Below, one piece after another: positions 9,539-19,551 of a stretch of 64,000 nucleotides of DNA. A program made the translations under genes and the position numbers. Positions within the stretch are counted from its first letter, which is position 1, and each line of letters opens with the position of its first letter. The notes beneath the pieces were generated by a model. The model was not told the DNA's origin and searched no databases. It saw only the letters and a list, made by a program, of their open reading frames with translations. The stretch is taken from positions 1-64,000 of the IMG/VR virus record IMGVR_UViG_3300026176_000228; one strand, given 5' to 3'. This stretch comes from a virus. Lineage: Duplodnaviria > Caudoviricetes.

Positions 9539-9670
9539 ATGTTTACTAATGGTAAATTTGGCACCACACCTATTGAACAGATTGGTGGTCCTAAGCCACC
9601 TAAACTGCCAGTTCTGCCACCCATTACGAAACGCGAACGCGTACCAGTCAAGTCACCACGCAAGAAATGA
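9539..9670 (+). CDS. Small Pro/Lys-rich hypothetical protein (43 aa)
   Basis: agaggt RBS-like sequence; MFTNGKFGTTPIEQIGGPKPPKLP... Confidence 0.3.
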   Translation: MFTNGKFGTTPIEQIGGPKPPKLPVLPPITKRERVPVKSPRKK

Positions 9671-9826
9671 TTCTAGGACTTAGCAAAACCGATTGACGAC
9701 TAACTGTAGAATGCCCTTCTAAGACCTGTACGCTATCACTGGGGCGTTTTACTACGCGTTGAGTATAAAACTATGACCAGGGCTAAATACGCCTGTTTTT
9801 GGCAGTTTAGCCCTAACTAAAGAGGT

Positions 9827-9840
9827 TTAGCATATGCCAA
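9827..9840. promoter_or_regulatory. Dispersed palindrome copy 4 (TTAGCATATGCCAA)
   Basis: Overlaps the start codon of HTH gene 9834. Confidence 0.75.
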
Positions 9841-10091
9841 AAAAGAGACGCCGCGAACCGGCTAAAACAGTCTCAGACAGCGAATTACTGACCATCATTC
9901 AAGAATTCACCAACCTGTATCAATACGCGCCCGATGATCTGGATATCGCGCAACGCAGTGGTTACACGCGCGAATCTATGTATAACCGTCTCCGTAAAAT
10001 GGAGAGACAGAACCTGATTCAACGCCTGCCCCTGAGTGCTAATGAATATTGGAGCTACAGTTGGCGCGTTAATCCTACAATGCCTCTCTAA
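9834..10091 (+). CDS. LexA-like winged-HTH DNA-binding protein
   Basis: IIQEF...YAP...DIAQRSG...MYNRLRKMERQNLIQR resembles the LexA DNA-binding domain. Confidence 0.7.
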   Translation: MPKKRRREPAKTVSDSELLTIIQEFTNLYQYAPDDLDIAQRSGYTRESMYNRLRKMERQNLIQRLPLSANEYWSYSWRVNPTMPL

Positions 10092-10192
10092 GGCCCGTAG
10101 AGGCACCAAGGTTGAATTCTACTGTAAAATTCGATAAAAACATACGTCCACTTCTGTAGCGGGGCGTAGAGACAATCCTGGGGGATTTACCT

Positions 10193-10414
10193 GTGGCAAA
10201 TAACCTAAGTTATCGTTGTGAAATCTGTGCTCTTGAACTTGACTCTCAGCACTATAAAATAGTAGGCTGGACGATGGGGGATTGGCGCAATATCGCCCTC
10301 TGCCCAGAGTGTTATCAGCGCGGCAGGGCTGAGGAACTGTACGTGCAGAAAACTAAGTATGTTGTGGTGCACGGGCGGAGTACGCGTTGGGAAGATGTGC
10401 TCGCGCTTAATTAA
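10193..10414 (+). CDS. Small Zn-finger protein
   Basis: CEIC...LCPEC. Confidence 0.55.
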   Translation: MANNLSYRCEICALELDSQHYKIVGWTMGDWRNIALCPECYQRGRAEELYVQKTKYVVVHGRSTRWEDVLALN

Positions 10415-10442
10415 TTAAGTTAATTAATAGAAAGTCAGACCT

Positions 10443-11009
10443 ATGTCCATTACTATTTACAACTGCGACTATCATGACGTAGCACAATGGAAATTCAGTG
10501 ATGCCATCATTACTGACCCACCTTATGATAAACCTTGCTCCAAGGTGGAATTACTGAGCTATACCACCGGACATGTTTTGGTGTTCTGCGCGCCAGAGAA
10601 TCAATATTTTGTGGCAGATGAATACGCGTTCTGGAACAAGACACCTAGCACTAAAAACTATATCAAATCTCTAGGACGTTTTATCGAAATCATCTTGATT
10701 CTACGGCAAGGTATAACTTTCAATAAACTACACTGGTCGCAGATGACCGGCATCTATGATGACAGGTTGATCGAGAAGCCAGAGCATCCCTACGAAAAAC
10801 CCCTAGCTCTGATTGAACGCTTGGTCAGAATTTACACCAATCCAGGCGATACAGTTTTTGATCCCTTCATGGGTAGCGCCACAGGTGCTCTGGCTTGCTG
10901 GAATCTAGGCCGTAATTATATCGGTTGTGAACTGGATGCCACCAGCTATCAGATTGGTGTGCGCAAATTACAAGCGCACAAGGTTGTATTTGAGGAAGGT
11001 ACCATCTAG
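10443..11009 (+). CDS. Compact DNA amino-methyltransferase (DPPY)
   Basis: IITDPPY...HPYEKP...VFDPFMGS. Confidence 0.9.
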   Translation: MSITIYNCDYHDVAQWKFSDAIITDPPYDKPCSKVELLSYTTGHVLVFCAPENQYFVADEYAFWNKTPSTKNYIKSLGRFIEIILILRQGITFNKLHWSQMTGIYDDRLIEKPEHPYEKPLALIERLVRIYTNPGDTVFDPFMGSATGALACWNLGRNYIGCELDATSYQIGVRKLQAHKVVFEEGTI

Positions 11010-11522
11010 ATGACTCTAACCCTACCTAATATCTATCAAATGCACGCGCTAGTCTGGAACTTACGCGCGGAAATCTCAAATCAGTGGACCACCCCTGACA
11101 GGCGCACCGCGACTCGCTTTTTAATAACAGAGGCCGCTGAGCTTGCCGATGCCTATCTACGCATGGTTGGTGGCTACGCGCGCAATAATCATAAAGACCT
11201 CGCGCTGCCCGCGGAACTCGCGGATGTATGGCTCATGGCTCTGACTGCGATGGGGCCAGAATATCACGAAATCAATCTCCAAATGACAGCTTTGGATGAC
11301 CAACGGCTCTATATTCTTGGTCTGGACGATGAACTTGACCTAGGCAACGCGATTGATATCCTCTGTGAAGATGCCGCGATTCTACCGCGCCGCTTTAACT
11401 ACGGCACGCTCAAATATGTCTTTTACGACTGCATCATTTTGGGTGAAATCCTTAAAGTTGATGCTTATACTATCCTGGAACAAAAACTCCAGCAGATTCG
11501 GAGTAAATATGTCACCGACTGA
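11010..11522 (+). CDS. MazG-like / all-alpha nucleotide pyrophosphohydrolase
   Basis: EAAELADA...ELADVW acidic metal-binding motifs. Confidence 0.65.
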   Translation: MTLTLPNIYQMHALVWNLRAEISNQWTTPDRRTATRFLITEAAELADAYLRMVGGYARNNHKDLALPAELADVWLMALTAMGPEYHEINLQMTALDDQRLYILGLDDELDLGNAIDILCEDAAILPRRFNYGTLKYVFYDCIILGEILKVDAYTILEQKLQQIRSKYVTD

Positions 11523-11784
11523 ACCTACTATCCTACGTCATGACAGAATCTTTAGCCTGCTGCAAATGGGTTATAGCAGGCTCGATCCCAATCTATTAGA
11601 CTATTGCAAGGAAGAAATGCAGACTGACTTCAACGCCAGTTTAGGCGCGCTGCTCTCTGATGGTCAACCGCGCGTCATTCAGTGGTTAGGTTGGGAAGAA
11701 AAGATTTATAATCATACTATTCATCTTAGCGGCAGTTATAAGATTACTGTCCTAGAAAGTGATACTGATGCCAACACCGACTGA
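11509..11784 (+). CDS. Hypothetical protein
   Basis: ggag RBS before ATG 11509. Confidence 0.5.
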   Translation: MSPTEPTILRHDRIFSLLQMGYSRLDPNLLDYCKEEMQTDFNASLGALLSDGQPRVIQWLGWEEKIYNHTIHLSGSYKITVLESDTDANTD

Positions 11785-14700
11785 TTTCGATTTACAAGCT
11801 CCTAGCTGGCGACCTTATCAATACGAGACTGTGCAATGGGCGCGCGAGCCCAAACAGCACAATGGCGTGTATGTCGCGCAGATCAACGAGGCACCGACAG
11901 GGTGCCACCGCATTGGTCAATCTATTCTCATGGCAAATCTATCAACTAAAAAAGTAGAAGATGTAATGGTTGATGATTTAGTCATGGGAGATGATGGTCA
12001 ACCACGTAGAGTTTTATGTCTAAATCGTGGTATCGGAAGAATGTATGAAATATCCCCTACACACGGCGGCGATAGCTTTGTCGTCAACGAAGATCATATT
12101 CTGACTTTGGTCAGAACAAATATCAGTACTCATGGCAGGAAAGTAAGACGAGATTGTATTGATGGTCAAATACTAGATGTCTCGGTAAAAGAATATCTGA
12201 CTTGGAGTAAGTCACGTAAGCATATCTATAAACTCTATAAAACTGGTATTACAACCACACGAACTTCTGATTGGATTATTGAACCTTACTTTTTGGGCTT
12301 ACTGCTTGGCGATGGTTGTCTTAGTTCTCATGGAATTAATATAACCACTATGGACGAAGAAGTAGTCGCAGAATGCTACAGACAAGCGGATAGATTTGGG
12401 CTTAGAATCACTACTCAAACTAAAGAGCACAATAAAGCTAGTAGCTACTTTTTTGTTTTGCCAAATCATTCGTCCAAAAAAAGAGATTCGGTTTTTCATA
12501 ACGAAATTGGTTTACTAGGACTATTAGATAGTGGTTCTGATGGTAAATTCATTCCACCTGCGTATCTACGAGCATCCACTGAGGACAGATATGCTTTACT
12601 GGCTGGTTTACTAGATTCAGATGGATATCTATCTAAAAGCACAGTGTATGACTATATAAGTAAATCAAAGCAATTAGCTAATGACCTAGCATTTCTAGCT
12701 CGATCACTTGGTTTTTCAGCTAATGTTAGTGAATGTAAAAAGTACTGTCAAACCGGTGGTGGCGGCACATATCATAGGGTTTGTATATCTGGTAATATCA
12801 TTGAAATACCGTTTCGTATCGCGCGTAGAATACCGCCCTCTGAAAGACAACAAATTAAGAATCATCTTAGGTCTGGGTTCAAAGTAAAAGAATTAGAAAC
12901 TGAACCTTACTATGGATTTACGCTAGATGGTAATGGCAGGTATTTACTCGGAGATTTCACGGTTACTCATAACAGCGGCAAATCTATGAGTGCCTTAGCT
13001 GCGGGTCATAAGATAGGTCAAACCGTCATCCTGACCCATACGCGCGCGCTACAATCCCAGTATGAAGCCTCTTATCCCAATTGTGTGGTCTTGTTTGGTC
13101 GCAACAACTATCCCTGTGTCTACGAAGAAAATCCACAGGGACTCGACCTGACCGCGCAAGACTGTTCCTTCCCTAGCAAACCCTCAGACTGCCCACAGTT
13201 CTATGACTGTGGCTATCATACGCGTAAAAAGCATGCGCGCGAAGCCCAACGCGCGGTTCTCAACTACGCGTACTGGCTCATCACTTATCAAAAATGGCAT
13301 CCCGCATTACTGGTCTGTGATGAAGGCCATAACATTCCCGATATCATCCTAAACCATGTCGGGACTGAAATCAACGAACACCAGCGCACCACCTGGCGAC
13401 TACCGCCCTTTCCCTTGCTCAGCGGTGAGCCAGTCAATGGCCTGTTCAAGCCTAAGAATTACGCGGAGCCTTCTGAGGTTGCGCGCGATTGGTTAGATGA
13501 TTGCAATACTATCGTTACCCAAGCCGTAGGCACCTTGAATTACAAAATCAAAGTAGATGGCGCGAATCAACGTCTCATCGCGCAGAAACGCGCCGCCGAG
13601 AATCTATCAGGACGCATTGAAGCCTGTCTGACGGCCCTCGCGACGACTCCTGGCGAACATTGGTATATCAACAGTGGGCCAGGGGTCGCGTACTACCGCG
13701 GAGAAGTTACACCCGGCTTCAACTGCAAACCTCTTACGGCCAGATATGACTTCAAACGTTTCTGTGCCCCGACGCAACAGCAACGCTTACTCATCATGTC
13801 GGCAACGATTGGTAATGAAGCCGTGTTTGCGCGTGAGCTAGGTGTAGAAGAATTCGACTTCTATCGTACACCCGCGGTATGGCCCGCGGAGACGCGACCA
13901 GTCCATGTCTTAGATGTGCCTTCCATGGGCAAAGGTGCCGCAGATAAAGACCCTGGTATTTGGAACAAGCAGGCTGACGCAATTAGTAAAGCCATTCTCA
14001 ACCTACCGCGCCACTGGTCGGGGATTATCCTGGTATCGCGTAAATCTGAAGCTAACTTGCTCGCCAAGCGTTTAGCCGACCGCGGTTTACAAGAGCGTAT
14101 CTGGGTGCCACCGGGAGCCGATGCACAGGATTATAAACCCACTAATGAACAGCTTGCCGCGTGGCAGGAGAGATTGGAGGAAGTACCTAATTCTATCGCG
14201 GTCGCGTGGAGTTTCTGGGAAGGGGTAGACGCGAAAGAGAGTCAAATATTGATAGCTGCAAAATGTTTGGCGTCTGATATGCGTATCTTTGGACCAGATG
14301 GGTATAAAGATATAGATTCCATCAAACTGGGAGATAAGGTTTTTGGTACTACCCCAGACGGCGAACTGATCGAAGATACTGTAGTTTCAATTATTCGCAA
14401 GCCCTATACCGGGGAAATGATTCATTTCCACAGTAAAGGTTATGACGTTACCGTAACACCGGATCATCAAATGCTAGTAACTCATATAAAAAAGGATAGT
14501 CCATATGAGAAAATAGATGCCGAAGCAGTAAATACAAGTCATATGCTGCCTCTTAGGGCTACATCGTGGAATGGAGAATCCCTGCCTGACCAATTTACTT
14601 TCGAGGAATTTTTTGACGAAAAAACAATAGTTTACTGTCAGTTACTGGACTTTAACACCAATAAGACTTGGTATAATCAACTTCCTAGTCCTTTTGTGTT

Positions 14701-15727
14701 TGAGTACAGATACAAGTTATTCAAAATAAAATGGACTGATTACGCTGCCTTACCCTCGTCTATACAACAGAGAACTAAACCGGTTTGGTATTGTGATGGT
14801 GCTCAATCTAATAAACTACCATACTCCATTGACAAGAGAACATTATTGGAACTAGCGGGCTGGTTTGTTAGTGAAGGTCATAGCCAAAATTTAAAGGAAT
14901 ATTGTTACGAGAATGGTAACAGGGCTGGTCAGACATGGCGTATAGCATTTACGCAAAATAAAGGCCAAGGATTGGATGCTATCAGAAATTTACTACTAAA
15001 TGCAGGCATTCAATTTTCTGAACACGAAAAAACAGAAAGATGCGCGCGACTGACCATTCACAGTAAAGTTTTGTATAGAGCTTTCACTGAATGGTTTGGT
15101 GTCGGAGCCAAAAATAAGAAAATTCCACGCTTTATCCTAAATTCATCCAGTGACGATCTTAGAGTCATGTTCGATGCCCTCATTGCTGGCGATGGTATAG
15201 TATTACCAACTGGCAAGTCGTATAGTTACCAAACTACTTCTCTGTCTCTCAGGGAAGCGATGATAGAGATAGGATTGAAATTGGGTTTCGGTGCTAGATT
15301 TAGACCGGTACAATCTGGCTGTTGGTTAATTAGCTTTCCTAGTTTTATGCTGAAGGGGACCATTAATCAAGAGAATAAAACTAGAATTCCTTACGATGGA
15401 GAGGTATGGTGTGTAACAACGAAAAAAACCGGTACTATATTAGTCGAGCACGATGGTAAGCACACTTTTGTAGGTAATTGCCCATTCGCTTTTAGAGGTT
15501 CGGCTTACGAGATGGCCCGCGAGCGTTATGATGGAGCCTTTGCTTTACAGCGCGTCGCGTGGCAGTTAGAACAAGGCTTAGGTCGCGTCAGACGCGGAGA
15601 CGCGAGTGACTATGACGATCCCGCACGTGGTATCATTCGCACATATGTAGCTATCGCAGATGGTTCTTGGACGAGAATCAAAAAGTACTTGAGTTCGTCC
15701 ATGTTAGAAAGTCTTGTCATAGACTAA
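11768..15727 (+). CDS. DinG/XPD-family Fe-S SF2 helicase precursor with two inteins (about 557 aa after splicing)
   Basis: Q-motif WRPYQ, Walker A APTG|SGKS, GRNNYPC..C..C..C cluster, DEGH, SAT, QGLGRVRRG. Confidence 0.88.
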   Translation: MPTPTDFDLQAPSWRPYQYETVQWAREPKQHNGVYVAQINEAPTGCHRIGQSILMANLSTKKVEDVMVDDLVMGDDGQPRRVLCLNRGIGRMYEISPTHGGDSFVVNEDHILTLVRTNISTHGRKVRRDCIDGQILDVSVKEYLTWSKSRKHIYKLYKTGITTTRTSDWIIEPYFLGLLLGDGCLSSHGINITTMDEEVVAECYRQADRFGLRITTQTKEHNKASSYFFVLPNHSSKKRDSVFHNEIGLLGLLDSGSDGKFIPPAYLRASTEDRYALLAGLLDSDGYLSKSTVYDYISKSKQLANDLAFLARSLGFSANVSECKKYCQTGGGGTYHRVCISGNIIEIPFRIARRIPPSERQQIKNHLRSGFKVKELETEPYYGFTLDGNGRYLLGDFTVTHNSGKSMSALAAGHKIGQTVILTHTRALQSQYEASYPNCVVLFGRNNYPCVYEENPQGLDLTAQDCSFPSKPSDCPQFYDCGYHTRKKHAREAQRAVLNYAYWLITYQKWHPALLVCDEGHNIPDIILNHVGTEINEHQRTTWRLPPFPLLSGEPVNGLFKPKNYAEPSEVARDWLDDCNTIVTQAVGTLNYKIKVDGANQRLIAQKRAAENLSGRIEACLTALATTPGEHWYINSGPGVAYYRGEVTPGFNCKPLTARYDFKRFCAPTQQQRLLIMSATIGNEAVFARELGVEEFDFYRTPAVWPAETRPVHVLDVPSMGKGAADKDPGIWNKQADAISKAILNLPRHWSGIILVSRKSEANLLAKRLADRGLQERIWVPPGADAQDYKPTNEQLAAWQERLEEVPNSIAVAWSFWEGVDAKESQILIAAKCLASDMRIFGPDGYKDIDSIKLGDKVFGTTPDGELIEDTVVSIIRKPYTGEMIHFHSKGYDVTVTPDHQMLVTHIKKDSPYEKIDAEAVNTSHMLPLRATSWNGESLPDQFTFEEFFDEKTIVYCQLLDFNTNKTWYNQLPSPFVFEYRYKLFKIKWTDYAALPSSIQQRTKPVWYCDGAQSNKLPYSIDKRTLLELAGWFVSEGHSQNLKEYCYENGNRAGQTWRIAFTQNKGQGLDAIRNLLLNAGIQFSEHEKTERCARLTIHSKVLYRAFTEWFGVGAKNKKIPRFILNSSSDDLRVMFDALIAGDGIVLPTGKSYSYQTTSLSLREAMIEIGLKLGFGARFRPVQSGCWLISFPSFMLKGTINQENKTRIPYDGEVWCVTTKKTGTILVEHDGKHTFVGNCPFAFRGSAYEMARERYDGAFALQRVAWQLEQGLGRVRRGDASDYDDPARGIIRTYVAIADGSWTRIKKYLSSSMLESLVID
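11903..12973 (+). mobile_element. Intein 1 (357 aa) with LAGLIDADG endonuclease, inserted in the Walker A motif
   Basis: Starts CHRIG, block B VNEDHILTL, LGLLLGDG and LAGLLDSDG, ends VTHN followed by Ser; AT-rich. Confidence 0.93.
14264..15478 (+). mobile_element. Intein 2 (405 aa) with LAGLIDADG endonuclease
   Basis: Starts CLASD, block B VTPDHQM, LAGWFVSEG and FDALIAGDG, ends FVGN followed by Cys. Confidence 0.92.
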
Positions 15728-15729
15728 AC

Positions 15730-15743
15730 TTGGCATATGCCAA
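15730..15743. promoter_or_regulatory. Dispersed palindrome copy 5 (TTGGCATATGCCAA)
   Basis: Intergenic, just after the helicase stop. Confidence 0.75.
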
Positions 15744-15762
15744 ATATCTAAGAAAGGTTATC

Positions 15763-16098
15763 ATGAGCAAAAAGTTGCAACGTAAATCCTTCCGTAAATG
15801 TGTCCTCGCGAATATTCGCGATATCACCACTATCTCACAGAAACCCTACACCCAAGTCACCATTGTAGTTAGTGACGAGTCCGGTGTCGATGGTTCGTTC
15901 TTCTCACCCGCGCGCGAGTTTCATGGTTTCAGTAAATGCAACGCGGGTGATGCTTGGGACGCAGAACTAGGCTATAAGATCGCACACGCGCGCGCGGTCA
16001 GAGAAGCGATTGACTACATGGAACAAGATACCGAAAAAGAAGCTTTTGTCTCTAGTATAGAAAAAGTTTTAGACCGCATCTTTCGCGATAGCTTCTAA
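15763..16098 (+). CDS. Hypothetical phage protein
   Basis: aaaggt RBS; GFSKCNAGDAWDAELGYKIA motif. Confidence 0.7.
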   Translation: MSKKLQRKSFRKCVLANIRDITTISQKPYTQVTIVVSDESGVDGSFFSPAREFHGFSKCNAGDAWDAELGYKIAHARAVREAIDYMEQDTEKEAFVSSIEKVLDRIFRDSF

Positions 16099-17066
16099 CT
16101 TTTAGCTGACCATCTGCGTCCCACGCCACAAGAGCAGGCGATTCTAGCATCTCCGCGAATCAAATCGCCTGCTCTTGTCTGGACAATCCCGCCTAAGCTA
16201 AACCCAATCAAGCACGTCCCGCCATCACAGAATACGGGTTCCCCACCGCTAACAGTATTCCACACGGTATTATCCCATCCTACTACCGGTTGTCCACTCA
16301 TATTCTCATACCAACTGCGCAGGACTTCATAAGGATAGGTCGAAGGACCGGTGCGCTCAACCCTGCCGTGATTGATTTGCATAATCTCAGGATGCTTATC
16401 CATGACTTGCACTAGCCGTTCCAGATTCGCCATCGGTGAGACATAGCCTGCCAACGCGCGCAGCATCGCGATATCTTCCGGCCAGTCTACTTCCACGCGA
16501 TAATTCCTGAAATAGAAATTCTTGGGTGGCTCATGATAAATCACCTTGAATTGGTCGCGGTTAGAGTGAAAGTAAACATCCACATGCTCGCGCGCGGTCG
16601 AACGCTGCACAATTTGTTCCCACGCGGCGCGACTATAAGGGAACTCGCGTGAGCCATACAGCGGTTGCACATGGGGAGCCAAGGCCCACTGCATAATATC
16701 GCCAGCTTGTTTCTCACAGACTTCTATGGCACGTAGAATCAATTCCCCAGCCATAAAGGGACAATCCCCTAAACCACGCAAGACCCACTTAGCTTCAGGA
16801 TGATACTGCTTGAGCGCGTCATCCATGCGCGAAACCACATCCACTTGTTGCCCGCGGAACACCGGCACATCTAAGGTCCGCGCGTACACGGCCAAGGGAT
16901 CATCGCTGCGTAGGCGCGTGGTCGCGAGAATGACGCGGCCAATCTTACTTAGACGTTTGATAACCCACCCAATCAAAGGTGTGCCACGGACATCCAGCAT
17001 GGCTTTACCGGGTAAACGTTCGCTGCCCATGCGGGCGGTGAGAATAATCGCTAAATCTTGGTTCAA
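16095..17066 (-). CDS. CMP-nonulosonate cytidylyltransferase (SpsF/PseF/KdsB-like) with C-terminal Cys-rich extension
   Basis: ILTARMGSERLPGKAM, RGLGDCPF, REHV, VEVDWPED. Confidence 0.88.
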   Translation of the reverse strand: MNQDLAIILTARMGSERLPGKAMLDVRGTPLIGWVIKRLSKIGRVILATTRLRSDDPLAVYARTLDVPVFRGQQVDVVSRMDDALKQYHPEAKWVLRGLGDCPFMAGELILRAIEVCEKQAGDIMQWALAPHVQPLYGSREFPYSRAAWEQIVQRSTAREHVDVYFHSNRDQFKVIYHEPPKNFYFRNYRVEVDWPEDIAMLRALAGYVSPMANLERLVQVMDKHPEIMQINHGRVERTGPSTYPYEVLRSWYENMSGQPVVGWDNTVWNTVSGGEPVFCDGGTCLIGFSLGGIVQTRAGDLIRGDARIACSCGVGRRWSAKS

Positions 17067-17198
17067 GGTCGGTCCTCAATATGAAAAATGGGAGCCAAAG
17101 CATCGGCTTCCGCGCGCGCGCGTCTAATATCATCCGCGGTCCAGTAATAACCCCACGGCCAGAGATGCATGCGCAACCAGCGTAGAAAATAGAATAAT

Positions 17199-17879
17199 TT
17201 ACCACACATTGTGTCCTTGCCCCCCATCGTAAGTTAGAATCTGTCCAGTAAGTCCGGGCTGCTGATATAGTGACACAATAAAGCGTGCGACATCCGCGGA
17301 TTTCAACAAGGGCGTCAGGAGCCGTGAACTCATATACGCGCGCTCGCGTGAATCGTTAGTTACCTGCTGCATCATGGTATCGCATTGACCTAAGCGCAGG
17401 GCAACAGACCTGAAACCGCTGTCGCGTTCTTCCTGTGCCACCGTTAGCGCGAAAGCTTCTAAACCAGCCTTAGATGCCGCATACAACCCCCTACCCGCGC
17501 GTGGCGACTCCGCATGAATCGAGCTAATATACACCAATAGCGCGCTCGGTTTCAGACATTCATACTGAAGCAGATGATGCGTCATAGCGATTGAGCCTTC
17601 CAGATTAGTATCCAGCACGTAGCGATAATCTTCATCGGTGTAGTCTATGACTGGCTTGATACGCGTGGTGCCATGCGCGAAAACTACTAAATCAAACTTA
17701 GCTTCCGCCATGTGGCGCACGATATAATCCGTGGCCCACCAACGCGTCAAGTCCAGCGCGATACTCTGCTGTTGGCCCTGGCGCGAGAGGCGCTTAACGA
17801 GCCAATCTTGACTTTCTAGTTCTGTGACAATCGCGCGACCCAGATTGCCTGTCGCACCGGTTACTAAAGCTTCAAACAT
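17199..17879 (-). CDS. Short-chain dehydrogenase/reductase
   Basis: TGATGNLG, ISS, YAASK. Confidence 0.9.
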   Translation of the reverse strand: MFEALVTGATGNLGRAIVTELESQDWLVKRLSRQGQQQSIALDLTRWWATDYIVRHMAEAKFDLVVFAHGTTRIKPVIDYTDEDYRYVLDTNLEGSIAMTHHLLQYECLKPSALLVYISSIHAESPRAGRGLYAASKAGLEAFALTVAQEERDSGFRSVALRLGQCDTMMQQVTNDSRERAYMSSRLLTPLLKSADVARFIVSLYQQPGLTGQILTYDGGQGHNVW

Positions 17880-19080
17880 CCATGTCTCCTAACTCACTTG
17901 CTGCCATGGTTGCATAAGCCCACGCTTGCTCCGTGGTGTCACCTGCGGTAATGATGAATAATTGTCTATCCGCGCAGTTCTGCCATTTCTGAATCGGGCC
18001 ATACGCGCGCGCGATGACATCCTTGACACCGGGCCTGGTCTGGAGCATGTGGACATGCTTAGGTTGTAGGTCAAAACCCTCAGGTAATGTGGGCGCGTAC
18101 GCGACACTGTACTTGAGCCATTTGGGTACCAAGTCCCGCCTATCAATGCGACCCGTCAAAGCATAATCCGCAAGGACTTTGACTAAATCACGCCCAGTCG
18201 CGTAGACTTGCGTATGAGTATGGTCGAAACCACCACTCCAGCGCGTCGCGCATTCCAAGATACACCAACCATGGTTTTGGTCATACATGAAATCAATTTT
18301 GAAGGGGCCAGTCTTGATATTGAGCTTCGACGCAGCTTCTTGGGCTAATTCCAGCATTCTAGCATCGGGTAAAGGTGCGGGATTGAGATGCCCCAATTCC
18401 AGAATTCCATCAGGTGCAAATTTACGCTCAGCCCCGTTGATATAAGTAACTTGCCCGTATTCGACAAACCAGTCTGTCGCGCGTTCGGGGCCAGAGAGAC
18501 ATTCTTCAATGACTACCGCGGTCGCGTATTTATTATATTCACGCGCGTAAGTAATGGCGTCTCTTAGCTGTTCAGGAGTATAGCACTTGGTAATCCCGCG
18601 CGAAGCTGAGTTATCCGCGGGTTTGACGATACAGGGAAAGGGTGATACACCTTGCTCGGTACAGCGTGCGTACCAGGAATCTATACCGTAAGCCGTGGTA
18701 TTGATTTGCCAGATGACTGTAAAAAGCGGGTGTGGCAAATCCAAGGTCACGCGCATTTTAGCTTTATTACGCGCGGTTTCCGCAGCTAAATAACTACACG
18801 CAGGTAAGTTATATATCTCAGCCAGCAGTGAAACTGTCGGACCGGCATCAATCGCGTCTGCAACCACTGCACTGGGCCGATGCTCTAATTCTTGCGCGTA
18901 CATACCATGCGCGTTGACATCATGGGTATCGAGTTGAATTACCGCGTCCGCGTATTCTGCACCAGCACAGTTGATATTTTTATCAGATACCAGGACATCT
19001 AAACCACGCTGCTTGAATTCCTTGATAATAGGAATTTGCAGTAGTCCACCACCAATAACCCAGGCGAAATCATTTTTCAT
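17872..19080 (-). CDS. ATP-grasp ligase
   Basis: IGGGLLQ, NKAKMR, CIVKPADNSASRG, IEECLSG, ILECATRWSGG. Confidence 0.88.
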   Translation of the reverse strand: MKNDFAWVIGGGLLQIPIIKEFKQRGLDVLVSDKNINCAGAEYADAVIQLDTHDVNAHGMYAQELEHRPSAVVADAIDAGPTVSLLAEIYNLPACSYLAAETARNKAKMRVTLDLPHPLFTVIWQINTTAYGIDSWYARCTEQGVSPFPCIVKPADNSASRGITKCYTPEQLRDAITYAREYNKYATAVVIEECLSGPERATDWFVEYGQVTYINGAERKFAPDGILELGHLNPAPLPDARMLELAQEAASKLNIKTGPFKIDFMYDQNHGWCILECATRWSGGFDHTHTQVYATGRDLVKVLADYALTGRIDRRDLVPKWLKYSVAYAPTLPEGFDLQPKHVHMLQTRPGVKDVIARAYGPIQKWQNCADRQLFIITAGDTTEQAWAYATMAASELGDMDV

Positions 19081-19081
19081 A

Positions 19082-19537
19082 TTACTCGCTTTCTGATAAT
19101 TGACGCTTGATAGCCCATACTAAAGCTTCGTGAACTGTAAAACTACGCTCGGCCATACCTGCATTACAATCCTCGCAAAGCCAGGCTAAGTTATCCGTAT
19201 GGTCGGCCCACTCAAGCGGCAAGCCATTAGTCCGAATATCTTTCTCGCTCAATAAATGCGCGACATGCATCGTGGTTGCACTTGCGTCTGCACCGCAAAA
19301 CTCACAACGATGATTGACGCGTCTTGCAATTGCATAGCGTACACTTAATTTAATACTATTAGAGCGCATGGGCGGGGGAGCAAGACCTTGTTCGTGTTTT
19401 GGAGCATTATATTGCCATTTATCACAAGCAGCACACCTTACCACCCCTTGTCCATTAGTGGGTGTTAAAATACCAAGTAACCCCCCACATCTTATACATG
19501 GTTTACGGAGTGGGTAATTCTCTGTTACTGCATCCAT
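19082..19537 (-). CDS. HNH endonuclease with N-terminal Zn ribbon
   Basis: CEFCG...HVAH...DNLAWLCEDCN. Confidence 0.8.
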   Translation of the reverse strand: MDAVTENYPLRKPCIRCGGLLGILTPTNGQGVVRCAACDKWQYNAPKHEQGLAPPPMRSNSIKLSVRYAIARRVNHRCEFCGADASATTMHVAHLLSEKDIRTNGLPLEWADHTDNLAWLCEDCNAGMAERSFTVHEALVWAIKRQLSESE

Positions 19538-19551
19538 ATTACTTCTATCTA

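Noticed and set aside
2869-11009. Complete restriction-modification systems
   Set aside because: No cognate restriction endonuclease recognised; GIY-YIG pairing is unsupported
11768-15727. CasDinG / type IV CRISPR link
   Set aside because: No Cas5/6/7-like genes or array; the helicase sits in a replication context
17005-17205. 66-aa ORF between the SDR and cytidylyltransferase genes
   Set aside because: Overlaps the downstream gene by about 60 nt and has no motif; not called
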